A stretch of DNA of 63,365 nt, filler included. It is 7 parts of 7 records of this genome, joined end to end, with 100 filler letters (N's around TTAATTAATTAA, not from the genome) between each part and the next. Parts side by side here need not be neighbours in the genome. Positions count along the whole stretch, not along the records: positions 18,980 to 29,250 come from SRR31156797_2276; positions 29,351 to 36,643 come from SRR31156797_2282; 5 more parts are not named here. One strand, 5' to 3'. Of this stretch, positions 20,215 through 29,388 are shown one piece after another. Made by a program: the position numbers and the translations under genes. How positions within the stretch are numbered: position 1 is the first letter of the stretch; every line of letters starts with the position of its first letter. The notes below the pieces were generated by a model. It ran no database searches, was not told the origin of the DNA, and worked only from the letters and a program-made list of their open reading frames with translations.

Positions 20215-21711
20215 ATGTATTTTGACGAGAAAAAGTTCTTTAATGTCAGTCGTGAAAGCGTTTTGACACCTTCCATGAAAGCCATTTGGGATGATATGGG
20301 ACTTGGGGTCGCCGTCGTGGATGCCAGTGGTATCTGTGAATACATGAATCCCATTCAGAGTCAGGTGGACGGTTTTGGACGGATACCTGTGGTTGGGCAA
20401 CACATAACAAGTCTTTATGTGCCACACGAGTTGGAGTGTATCCCCACCATGGAATGTCTACAGAAGGGGCAACCGCTTCTCAAGAAGAGTTATTTTTACA
20501 AGACGACAAATAATTATCTTGCCAGCACGGTTTCTGATTTCTTTCCGCTGTTTGATAACGGAAAAAAGGATGGCGTCATTGCCTTTACCATTTGGACCGG
20601 CACGACATCACTGGTGAAGAGACAAAGGCGTCCTGCCAAGGCGATTGGTCCTGGGCGAAGCTCTTATGAATATTATACATTCGACAGTCTGGTCGGGAAA
20701 GATGATGCCCTGATTGAAGTGCTGAACGAAGCGCGAACTGCTGCGCAGGCTCCGTCTCCTGTGATGATTTGGGGAGAAAGCGGGACGGGTAAGGAGTTGT
20801 TTGCTCAGGCAATTCATGCTGCGAGTGAGAGGTGTGATCATCCCCTTGTCCCGGTGAACTGTGCGGCTATCCCCGAAAATTTGTTGGAAGGTATTCTCTT
20901 TGGGACGGCTAAGGGGGCGTATACTGACGCTGCTGACAAGCCGGGGCTTTTTGAAGAAGCTGATGGTGGAACATTGCTTCTTGATGAGCTGAACTCCATG
21001 CCCATGGGATTGCAGGCCAAGCTTCTTCGTGTGCTTCAGGAGAAACGTGTGCGTCGACTCGGGTCGCGTACGGAAATCCCTGTGGACGTGCGAGTTATCA
21101 GTATATTGAATGTCGATCCGCTTTACGCAGTGGAGCAGAAAATATTGCGGCGTGATTTGTTTTATCGGCTTGCTGTCGTGGGGCTTGCCGTGCCGAGCTT
21201 AAGCCAGCGTAAGCAGGATATTCCGTTGTTGGCTCGAACGTTTATTGATCGTTCAGAGCAACGGAAAGACAGGAAGGAGATTCGTATCGATGATGATGTC
21301 CTTCGTATGTTTCATGATTATGAATGGCCAGGTAATATTCGTGAGCTGCTTCATGTCATTGAGGGAAGTCTTGCTTTGATTGGCGATCGCCTTTCGATTG
21401 ATTGGGGGTGCCTCCCGCGTCATTTCAGAGATGCCTGCAGAAACGCTGCCGCACCGCAAATTACCGAGTCCATTTCGCCTGCACCTGTGTTGAGTCAGGC
21501 GACGGAAAAGGCTTTTTATGATTATCATGCGGTCAAACGAAGCAGTGTGGTGTCACTCAAGGGGTGTGTGCAGGAATATGAGGCGGAGTGCATCCGCAAT
21601 GTGTTGCGGGTGACAGGCGGTAATGTGGCCAAGGCCGCACGGATTATGGAAATCACCGGTGCTGGTTTGCGGTACAAAATTAAACAGCTGAATATTGAAG
21701 AAGAGGATTAG
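20215..21711 (+). CDS. PAS-AAA+-HTH sigma54-dependent transcriptional activator (RocR-like architecture)
   Basis: GESGTGKE, VNCAAIP, GAYTDA loop, LDELNSM, WPGNIREL, C-terminal GNVAKAARIM HTH. Confidence 0.95.
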   Translation: MYFDEKKFFNVSRESVLTPSMKAIWDDMGLGVAVVDASGICEYMNPIQSQVDGFGRIPVVGQHITSLYVPHELECIPTMECLQKGQPLLKKSYFYKTTNNYLASTVSDFFPLFDNGKKDGVIAFTIWTGTTSLVKRQRRPAKAIGPGRSSYEYYTFDSLVGKDDALIEVLNEARTAAQAPSPVMIWGESGTGKELFAQAIHAASERCDHPLVPVNCAAIPENLLEGILFGTAKGAYTDAADKPGLFEEADGGTLLLDELNSMPMGLQAKLLRVLQEKRVRRLGSRTEIPVDVRVISILNVDPLYAVEQKILRRDLFYRLAVVGLAVPSLSQRKQDIPLLARTFIDRSEQRKDRKEIRIDDDVLRMFHDYEWPGNIRELLHVIEGSLALIGDRLSIDWGCLPRHFRDACRNAAAPQITESISPAPVLSQATEKAFYDYHAVKRSSVVSLKGCVQEYEAECIRNVLRVTGGNVAKAARIMEITGAGLRYKIKQLNIEEED

Positions 21712-21733
21712 GCGGCAAATTTACCGGGAGCAG

Positions 21734-21751
21734 GGGAGGAATGATCCTCCC
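21734..21751. terminator. Hairpin between convergent genes
   Basis: GGGAGGA-atga-TCCTCCC. Confidence 0.5.
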
Positions 21752-21767
21752 GCTACTCGCATGTTTT

Positions 21768-22502
21768 TTACAAAAAGGAACGCCCCAAGCAGACTATACC
21801 TGCCAGTACAATGACGGCCATGAGAACGCGTCTGAATGTCTCGACATTGATGTGTTTCACAACGGGAAAGGCACAGAATGTTCCTAGAATAGTGGCCGGA
21901 ACTCCATATATGACATAGTCGAATAATTCCGGGGTGTACAAACCTGCCGAGGCTTGCAGGACGCAGGTCATGGTACCTCTGATAACAAAGAATACACCAA
22001 GGGTTCCAAGAAAGACCCGAGGTTTCCAGTTGACGTACAGGCCGTACGCCCCAATAGGCGGCCCATCGAAAGAAATGGCTGTTCCCAGCAAGCCTGCGCC
22101 GAATCCGGCCGCTCCTCCCCGCCCCCATGATTCTTCGTGGACTTCTTTTACATGAAATGTCTGTTGCCAATATACATAGTATAAAAGTAAAGCGCCGACG
22201 GCTCCCTGCAAGATGGCACCGGAGACAAATTGAAGGATAAACAGCCCTATAATAGCTCCAGGGATGGACCCGATGAGCATGGGCCATAAAGCTGATACGC
22301 GGCAATGGCGGAAATGCATACACGCGATACAACCGTCCATGATGACATTCAGGATGCAACTGAGAGGGATCAGGTCATGCATAGGGATGAACATGGCGGC
22401 CACAGGGACTGCGACCATGGCCCCTCCAATGCCGCTGACGCCGGAAACAAAGCCGCCGACAAACCACGCGCAGAAAACCATGATGTATATTGGATCAGGC
22501 AT
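21768..22502 (-). CDS. TauE/SafE (TSUP) family permease
   Basis: GGFVSGVSGIGGAMVAVP and GLLGTAISFDGPP repeats, about 8 TM helices. Confidence 0.9.
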   Translation of the reverse strand: MPDPIYIMVFCAWFVGGFVSGVSGIGGAMVAVPVAAMFIPMHDLIPLSCILNVIMDGCIACMHFRHCRVSALWPMLIGSIPGAIIGLFILQFVSGAILQGAVGALLLYYVYWQQTFHVKEVHEESWGRGGAAGFGAGLLGTAISFDGPPIGAYGLYVNWKPRVFLGTLGVFFVIRGTMTCVLQASAGLYTPELFDYVIYGVPATILGTFCAFPVVKHINVETFRRVLMAVIVLAGIVCLGRSFL

Positions 22503-23082
22503 CGAATGATTTTCCTGTCGTGTGTGAGTGTTGCGCGATCAGGTTTGCTTCACAGTTTTTCAGCGAGCCATGCCCCAGTTTAACCATCAGAAGTTCGTAT
22601 CTTTCTTGAACCAGATTCAACTTTTTCTTTTGGGCATTTTGTACGCAGACTTCATACGCATCCATGGTGGAAGTGGAGTAGGTTTCGAGCTCGCAACCGA
22701 GATAGAGACAAAAGCTCTCATGCCCATCGGGGTGGATTGTATGAGGGAATTCCTTGGCAACGTCTTTGCGCCATGCGCTTTCTATGGCGACGATTTTTTT
22801 AATACGTGGATCTGTGCTGATGGACGGAATCAGTTGATCCATGAGCGCGTATTTTTCGGTCATGAAGTTACGCCCTTTTTTTTCAGCATGTTGCAAGTCG
22901 TTGCGGTAGGACTGGAGAAATTCGTCCGAGAGAACTCCGTGCGTGATTTCGCGCATGATGCGAAATGATTCAGGCCGTTCCTGACACATGGATGTGCCGC
23001 CTTGATTTTTTACTGCAAGGAACATGTCCAGTTCAAGATTTATGATTTCCTTAATGAGGTTTGTACGAGTATTTTTTGACAT
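22495..23082 (-). CDS. DUF4125-like protein
   Basis: ELDMFLAVKNQGG.S.CQ, F..MR, SY..DL..A...GRNFMTEKYA.M, YL.CEL.TYS; overlaps the TSUP start by 8 nt. Confidence 0.8.
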   Translation of the reverse strand: MSKNTRTNLIKEIINLELDMFLAVKNQGGTSMCQERPESFRIMREITHGVLSDEFLQSYRNDLQHAEKKGRNFMTEKYALMDQLIPSISTDPRIKKIVAIESAWRKDVAKEFPHTIHPDGHESFCLYLGCELETYSTSTMDAYEVCVQNAQKKKLNLVQERYELLMVKLGHGSLKNCEANLIAQHSHTTGKSFDA

Positions 23083-23241
23083 CGTTTTTTCCTTATTCCC
23101 CTGAATTGTGTGAGCATAGTTGAGTGCGGGGGTGTTGGTATGTTTGCTGTTCGAGTGTAGCGTTTCGATTTACACAAATGGAGTTGAGTAAGAGGATCAA
23201 GTCCCTCGGCAACTTTATGAAAAAAAGAACGAGCATTGTTG

Positions 23242-23257
23242 TGCAAAGCTGGTGCCG
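23242..23257 (-). promoter_or_regulatory. Sigma54 promoter of the DUF4125-TSUP operon
   Basis: Minus strand CGGCACCAGCTTTGCA (GG-N10-GC). Confidence 0.75.
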
Positions 23258-23529
23258 TTTGTCTTTTTTTATTATCCGTGTGATTTAATTTTGATGAAGA
23301 GTTTTTAACATGTTGAAATAAATGCAATATTTATAAAATTTTAAATATCATACGATCTTTTCAATTTTATTTTTTTACTGGTAGGGGTGTGGAAAAATAT
23401 TTTGTAAAAGAAAAGTTTTTTTCTCAAAAAGATATTTTTTTTTATTTTTGATGAGGAGTAATAAATGGCATGTTGTCAAATAGTCAATTTTTTTAGGTAA
23501 ATAGATAGATGGTGAAGAATTTCACGTAG

Positions 23530-23545
23530 TGGCATCGTCTTTGCT
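23530..23545 (+). promoter_or_regulatory. Sigma54 promoter of the APC permease
   Basis: TGGCATCGTCTTTGCT (GG-N10-GC). Confidence 0.8.
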
Positions 23546-23828
23546 TATACACATCTAGCAATTCACAAATTTGCTTTTACCTGAAGAGATTGAAACGCGG
23601 AGGACCTGTTCGCCCCTCTGCAATGACACAAAGACTGTGTGGTTCGCTCTGGATTTTTCAGAGTACATGGTCGCCAGGTGGCTGGACGTATTTGTTTTAC
23701 GTCTCATGGCAGAGGCGTTGTCTGCATCGGGAAGTATGTTGACAGCACCGCTCTGAATGCCTGTCTGTATTAATTTTATGATTGATACAGGCATCCACAA
23801 AGAACTCCTTAAATTGAAGAGAGTTGAC

Positions 23829-25352
23829 ATGTCTCAAGATAAACATTTGAAATTGGAAAAATCGCTTTCCCCAGCTCAGGTCTGGGCGTTGGCGCTTGGA
23901 TCGATAGTTGGCTGGGGTTGCTTTGTGCTGCCCGGCGATATGTTTTTGCCTCAAGCCGGTCCAATGGGAACCCTGATCGGTTTTTTGGTAGGAGCCTGTT
24001 TACTGTGCTTTGTCGCGGTCTGCTATAGCTATATGATTAAGTATGCCCCGGTTGCTGGTGGCGCTTTTGCGTATGCCTATGTCGGGTTCGGGCCGACTGC
24101 GGCGTTTATTTGTGGTTGGGCTCTCGTGCTCGGATATATAGCCATTATTGGTATTGATATTGCCGCACTTGCACTTATTTTTCGTTTTCTTTTTCCGGGC
24201 GTTTTTGAGTTTGGCGCGTTGTATTCCATTGCCGGATGGGAAGTTTACACGGGTGAAGCCCTCCTCATGTCTGGTGCGACTTTGCTGTTTGGTTGGTTGA
24301 ATTATCGGGGTATCAGTTTTGCTGGTAAGTTGCAGGTCGTTCTCGCTTTCCTGCTTACCGTTGGTATTATCAGTCTGTTCACCGGTGCTGCTTCATTGGA
24401 AACCGCCAGCATGAGCAACCTTGTTCCCTTGTTTGCAGAACACCGCTCTGTCCTTTCCTGCGTGTTGGTTATTTTTGCTATTTCTCCCTTTCTTTTTGTG
24501 GGGTTTGATACTGTACCGCAGGCAGCTGAGGAATTTTCTTTTGATCCCGCACGAGCTCGTAATATAATGATCATTGCCATTTTGTGCGGCGTGGTTCTCT
24601 ACAGCCTCGTGACACTTTCTGTCGCAATCGTTTTGCCGTACCCGGAAATGCTCGCAAAGATGGATGCCCTTCGTGCAAGTGGCGGCACAGCGTGGGCAAC
24701 GGGTGAAGCAGCCACCATGGCTTTCGGTAAGTTTGGTGCAATCGTGTTGGCCTGTGCTGTCATGGGCGCTGTCTGCACTGGAATTAACGGTTTTTATATC
24801 GCGACTTCCCGGTTGCTGCTCAGCATGGCCCGTGGTGGAATCCTGCCTTCCTGGTTCGGTGATATTCATCCCAAATACCGTTCTCCCTACAAGGCTATTC
24901 TGTTTACTATCGCTATTGTTTTGCTGACTCCTTTTGCCGGTCGTGCTGTTGTTGTCTGGATTGTGGACATGAGTTCAGTGGGTACAGGAATTGGTTATCT
25001 CTTTACTTGCCTTGCTGCACGTCGAGTCTTGCTTGGTAGTCCTGAGGTGACCGAAAGAGCCACTCGTATGTTCTGCTGCGTTGTGGGCACACTGACCGCC
25101 GTAATGTGCATAGTCCTGCTGCTTGTCCCCGGTTCTCCGGCTTCCATTGGTGTGGCTTCTCGCTGGTGCCTAGTTGTATGGGTTGGTATGGGCTTTTTCT
25201 TCTACTTCTCCAACAAGAGCGCATGGGCAAAGCTGCCTGAAGCGGAATTGCGTGCACAGATTCTTGGTCGTCGAGATATTCCTGTGTTTTTCAAATCCCG
25301 TGAGCCGCAACCTGTGTTGCAAGAGCAAACGCAGAGTTCCTCGGCCGAATAG
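23829..25352 (+). CDS. APC-superfamily amino acid/amine permease
   Basis: ALGSIVGWGCFVLPG, PVAGGAFAYA, FVGFD..PQAAEE, SRLLLSMAR; about 12 TM helices; likely start ATG 23829. Confidence 0.93.
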   Translation: MSQDKHLKLEKSLSPAQVWALALGSIVGWGCFVLPGDMFLPQAGPMGTLIGFLVGACLLCFVAVCYSYMIKYAPVAGGAFAYAYVGFGPTAAFICGWALVLGYIAIIGIDIAALALIFRFLFPGVFEFGALYSIAGWEVYTGEALLMSGATLLFGWLNYRGISFAGKLQVVLAFLLTVGIISLFTGAASLETASMSNLVPLFAEHRSVLSCVLVIFAISPFLFVGFDTVPQAAEEFSFDPARARNIMIIAILCGVVLYSLVTLSVAIVLPYPEMLAKMDALRASGGTAWATGEAATMAFGKFGAIVLACAVMGAVCTGINGFYIATSRLLLSMARGGILPSWFGDIHPKYRSPYKAILFTIAIVLLTPFAGRAVVVWIVDMSSVGTGIGYLFTCLAARRVLLGSPEVTERATRMFCCVVGTLTAVMCIVLLLVPGSPASIGVASRWCLVVWVGMGFFFYFSNKSAWAKLPEAELRAQILGRRDIPVFFKSREPQPVLQEQTQSSSAE

Positions 25353-25400
25353 CCTAGACTCTTGTCCGGCAGAGAATTCTGTAAGTACGGACTTCCTTTC

Positions 25401-25433
25401 GCCCCTGTCTGCAATATGCAGACAGGGGCTTTT
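25401..25433 (+). terminator. Intrinsic terminator
   Basis: Perfect 13-bp stem GCCCCTGTCTGCA-ata-TGCAGACAGGGGC + TTTT. Confidence 0.85.
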
Positions 25434-25472
25434 CAATGGAGAAGACCGGTTATGGTATGGGGTCGAGAGGTG

Positions 25473-27296
25473 CTAACCGGTGATGGCCGATTGAAAACTT
25501 TTTGCAATACTAGGGGAATTCTGACCAATGATGACAAGAAAGCATTCCTTGTGCTTTTGATCGGCGGGAGTCAGTGAATGCGCTCCTGGGACGTACTGGA
25601 ATATTTCAGGTTCTTCCGTATCATGGAAACGGACGACGCCTTTGGCTCGGAGGACCTGATCGGAAAGCTTGGCCACGGATTTTTCGAATATGGTGCGGTC
25701 AAGAGGGGCGCTCAAATGAATTAATGAACTTTGGATGTTGTCGTCTTCATGGGTGGCATTGTGCCCCATGGGTTTGAGTTGTGGTGTAGGGCGGGTGAGT
25801 TCTTTTCTGAAATTCACACCATACAGTGTGGTAGACGGGATATCTCCATGGGACATGAAGTACAGGTCGCCTGATGGATTGAGCTCGCGAAGTGTTTGTT
25901 GCAGTGAAATCAGCGTGTTGTCGTCTACAAGATCGGTTTTGTTGACCAGAAGGATGTCAGCCAGCCTAATTTGACTGCGTGCCACTTCGAATTCTGCCAG
26001 AGTGTGATCCGCACCGACCGCGTCAATGACGGTTGTCACTGAGGCGAAGTCCAACATGTCGTCGAGGTCCGCCAGTTCCGAAAGCAGGTTGGCAGGATTG
26101 GCCAAACCAGTTGTTTCCAATACGACGAAATCCGGTTGAAATTCCGAAAGGATACCAGAGAGAGCCGAGCGCAGGCTCCCAGCCAGTGTGCAACAGACGC
26201 ATCCTTCATCTACTTCGGTTACGGCATAGCTTTGACCAAGGAGTTTCCCATCCAGTCCTTTTTGGCCGATTTCATTTTGAATGACCGCGACAAAGCCGTT
26301 TTTGGCCGCCTGATCTTCGATGAATCGGGTGAGAAAGGTGGTCTTACCCGACCCGAGAAAACCGGTCAGGACGATGAGACGCGGGCGATCTGTAATGCCC
26401 ATGGTGCGCTTGTCCAAACTGTTGGTCGCACCCGGCAGGTCGGCGGACAGCCAAGGGGAATCGGCGAATTCATCAGGAATGGAGGCCGGGGGAGACCATG
26501 TCAGTTCCGGTGCTTTGAGTTCCGGGTTGTCCGGGACACGTGTATTCCAGCCAAGACCGAGGCGAATATCTCGTGTGTCTGGTGCTGGTTCGCTCTGAAT
26601 ACCGATTTCCTTGCCATACGTTCGCCGCATTCCGGGGCGGGTTTGTCTGGTGAGCGATTCCGGAGTTGTTTTCAGGCAGTATGATGCGGATGCTGCCAAG
26701 GCATCAAACAAGGGCATGGCTGTTTCCCATGCCGGGAAATTTTGGTCTTCTTCTCCAGGGGTGACTGCTTGTACCAACCCAGTTGGTGTTTCGAGCGTGA
26801 CTCCGTCCAGTGCGATGACAGTGTCGTTTTCCGGGGCAGTCAAAGTCAGGGCCACACCTGATTCTTCCGCGAGATAAAAGGCTTCAAGGACACCGATTCC
26901 AAAGAGGGCGCAGAGGTCAGGGTATAGGGTGAATTCTCGAACACGATCAAGATAGTCGTCCTGTTGTGCAGCGATTCCCGCCTGCACACTGAAGAATTCG
27001 ATCAGGTCTTCATCCGGGGCGGGAAAGTAGGCGATGTGAAAAGTCGCCTGTCCCATGGTGTCGGATTCGTTGACATTGAGAAACTTCAGGCCGTAAACAC
27101 CACGCATGCCTGTGACACGCACCGTCAATCCGCCTTGTCCTTTGGCGCAGTCGCGAACACCACGCCATCCGAGACGGTGGCGAACGCCGGGAATGAAATT
27201 GGCGCGTGTCATCAATGCGCGTGGAAGTTCCATCGCGGCTTGTGCCGGACTGGTCTGTAAGGCCGGTGGGAGTAATGTGTTGAGGGAGACAGGCAT
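25473..27296 (-). CDS. CobW/COG0523 G3E GTPase metallochaperone with ~300-aa unknown N-terminal domain
   Basis: TGFLGSGKTT, QNEIG, GCVCC, ETTGLANP, NKTD, CobW_C (LRAKG). Confidence 0.88.
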   Translation of the reverse strand: MPVSLNTLLPPALQTSPAQAAMELPRALMTRANFIPGVRHRLGWRGVRDCAKGQGGLTVRVTGMRGVYGLKFLNVNESDTMGQATFHIAYFPAPDEDLIEFFSVQAGIAAQQDDYLDRVREFTLYPDLCALFGIGVLEAFYLAEESGVALTLTAPENDTVIALDGVTLETPTGLVQAVTPGEEDQNFPAWETAMPLFDALAASASYCLKTTPESLTRQTRPGMRRTYGKEIGIQSEPAPDTRDIRLGLGWNTRVPDNPELKAPELTWSPPASIPDEFADSPWLSADLPGATNSLDKRTMGITDRPRLIVLTGFLGSGKTTFLTRFIEDQAAKNGFVAVIQNEIGQKGLDGKLLGQSYAVTEVDEGCVCCTLAGSLRSALSGILSEFQPDFVVLETTGLANPANLLSELADLDDMLDFASVTTVIDAVGADHTLAEFEVARSQIRLADILLVNKTDLVDDNTLISLQQTLRELNPSGDLYFMSHGDIPSTTLYGVNFRKELTRPTPQLKPMGHNATHEDDNIQSSLIHLSAPLDRTIFEKSVAKLSDQVLRAKGVVRFHDTEEPEIFQYVPGAHSLTPADQKHKECFLVIIGQNSPSIAKSFQSAITG

Positions 27297-27313
27297 GGAT
27301 TCTCCGGTTGTTT

Positions 27314-27341
27314 GCGGCCGCCCCGGGGGTGGGGCGGCCGC
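27314..27341. other. GC-rich intergenic hairpin
   Basis: 11-bp stem GCGGCCGCCCC/GGGGCGGCCGC between the MBL and CobW genes. Confidence 0.6.
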
Positions 27342-27356
27342 GAGTGATGGGTGGGG

Positions 27357-28514
27357 TTACCCGAAGGTAATGGTATCCCCGTTTCCGAGGTATGCTTTAT
27401 CCTTTGATCTGAACTTGGCGGTTCCTTCCACTACCGGATAGCCAGCAGCGATGAATTTTTTGGCGCAGAGTACACCGGTGCAATGGTTGCAACCGATGCG
27501 TTCGAAGCCGTAATCGCCAAGTGAGATGACAAGATCATCGTACTTGGGGTCCCAGTCATCAAAGGGCGAGATGTGTAACCCGCCGTAGATGCCATGGCAC
27601 TTGTCATTTTCGTATTTGATCTCGTTATAGGCAGTCTCGGCGAAACGGATGATGCCCTGATGACAACAACCCGTGACACTGACAAGGCCCTTGTCCGCTA
27701 CGTTGAAGTACAGGGATTGTTCTCCGTACACGCGGCAGATGATGGGAATGGCGAACACGTAGCTGGCCATGCCGGGGATGACCTTGTTCAAACCGTTTTT
27801 GACCGTGATGAGTTTGCCCGTGTGGCCGCAGTCCTTGATGTACTGCAAACCTTCCGGGTAGAAACCTTCGGGGATATAAATTGTTATATCCGGGTCGTAT
27901 TTCAAGGCGACGGGGAGTCCCCAGAAGTGATCGAAGTGCTCGTGAGAGAAGAACAGAGCTTCGATTTCCTTGTTCTCCAGCATCTTGTCGATGCCTTCCC
28001 GCTTGAAGCATTCATCACACCATTTGTAGGACCAGCCTACGTCGAGAAGGAATTTGCGTTTGTTGCCGCTCATTTCCTCGACTTCTACCAATGCTGCGTA
28101 TCCACCCGCGTTTTCAGGATGTACGGAGTTGGCTTCAATGATGTCCCAAGCTTCTTCCAATCTGTTGGGCAGCAGATGTTTGATCTTGGCAATACCCTCG
28201 TCATACGAGCCTTTGCCAAGCCCCTTGCCGTTACCAAACGGAGGCCAGTTGTAGTCGTACTGGTTCACGAGCAGTCCGCCCGCGCCCTTGATGTCACCCA
28301 TGAGGACACCGTTTTCAAACCAGCTTGTTTCCGAGATGTTCGTCACCTTGACGCTTCTACACGTCCCGATGTCGGTCATTTTTCGTTCTGTTTCAGGGAA
28401 GTATCCTTCACGCATGGGGGAGTATGAATACAAACCCATGGCTCCAAGCAGGCCAACGCCTACACCGGTTGCGGCTCCCTTCAGGAAGTCGCGTCTTTTC
28501 ATGTTGTCTGACAT
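27357..28514 (-). CDS. Tat-exported metallo-beta-lactamase-fold hydrolase
   Basis: Twin-arginine signal KRRDFLKG; SHEHFDH, TGCCH, GGLH, NHCTG. Confidence 0.88.
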   Translation of the reverse strand: MSDNMKRRDFLKGAATGVGVGLLGAMGLYSYSPMREGYFPETERKMTDIGTCRSVKVTNISETSWFENGVLMGDIKGAGGLLVNQYDYNWPPFGNGKGLGKGSYDEGIAKIKHLLPNRLEEAWDIIEANSVHPENAGGYAALVEVEEMSGNKRKFLLDVGWSYKWCDECFKREGIDKMLENKEIEALFFSHEHFDHFWGLPVALKYDPDITIYIPEGFYPEGLQYIKDCGHTGKLITVKNGLNKVIPGMASYVFAIPIICRVYGEQSLYFNVADKGLVSVTGCCHQGIIRFAETAYNEIKYENDKCHGIYGGLHISPFDDWDPKYDDLVISLGDYGFERIGCNHCTGVLCAKKFIAAGYPVVEGTAKFRSKDKAYLGNGDTITFG

Positions 28515-28532
28515 GCGATTCTCCTTTCCGGG

Positions 28533-29249
28533 CTACTTGCCGGGGATGATGTTGACGGCTGCATAGACCGAAGGCAATGCCCAAACCGTGACGAAGTAGA
28601 AGATAACGCCCATGGCAACGCCTGCGCCGAGGCCTGCACCGAATCTCGGAGTCCAGCGGACATCTTCAATGGCAGCTTTGTGTGCTTCATGATCGGCTTC
28701 AATTTCTTCGGCTGTCTTGGGAACCATTTTCCATGCCGGCCAGTTATCCATGAACCAATGGTGGACCAGCCAGATGTTGACCAGCCAGATCATCGGAATC
28801 ATGGGGAACTGTTGCGGATGGGAGAAACCCTTTTGGGTGCCAAGGAACATATGGGACGTCTTGTAATAGACGATGTACAGCGCGATGGCGCCGAGCAGAG
28901 TGACCACGGTGCGCAGGAGCACGTTGACGGGCATGGAATACTTCTTGGGCCAGTTGTCGCAGTAGAATGTGACAAACAGGGCTGGGACCAGGAAGAAGAT
29001 TGCCATTTCACCGACATGCAGCCAACGCCAATCAGGTGCGAATGCACGGCGGGTTCCTCGAATAGCCTCGCCCCAAGTCAGTTCCTGCGCGAAGTAGAGG
29101 AAGAAGTGCATGGCAAGGGCGATGCCGATGATGCCGAAAAAGCATGCAAAACGGCGAGCCCAGTCGTTTTTGATCAAGTTGAAGGGATAGCGCTCCCAGA
29201 TTGTTTCCACCAGCCAGACAACCACGGTGCAGCACATGATCCATGAGAC
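28533..29249 (-). CDS. Polytopic membrane protein (putative transporter), 5'-truncated at contig end
   Basis: Several TM helices ending in repeated W/Y-P turn motifs (WERYPF, YCDNWP, FMDNWP); frame is open to the contig edge. Confidence 0.75.
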   Translation of the reverse strand, partial: VSWIMCCTVVVWLVETIWERYPFNLIKNDWARRFACFFGIIGIALAMHFFLYFAQELTWGEAIRGTRRAFAPDWRWLHVGEMAIFFLVPALFVTFYCDNWPKKYSMPVNVLLRTVVTLLGAIALYIVYYKTSHMFLGTQKGFSHPQQFPMIPMIWLVNIWLVHHWFMDNWPAWKMVPKTAEEIEADHEAHKAAIEDVRWTPRFGAGLGAGVAMGVIFYFVTVWALPSVYAAVNIIPGK

Positions 29250-29250
29250 A

Positions 29251-29350
29251 NNNNNNNNNNNNNNNNNNNNNNNNNNNNNNNNNNNNNNNNNNNNTTAATT
29301 AATTAANNNNNNNNNNNNNNNNNNNNNNNNNNNNNNNNNNNNNNNNNNNN
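29251..29350. other. Artificial contig spacer
   Basis: N44-TTAATTAATTAA-N44. Confidence 0.98.
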
Positions 29351-29388
29351 AAATATGGAGTAACAATGTTAACTGCTATCTATTCTAA

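Noticed and set aside
23571-23756. 61-aa ORF, or a glycine or lysine riboswitch, in the permease leader
   Set aside because: TTG start without SD and no recognisable features; conserved cores of these riboswitches were not found by eye
27594-28427. 277-aa plus-strand ORF
   Set aside because: Antisense shadow of the Tat-MBL gene
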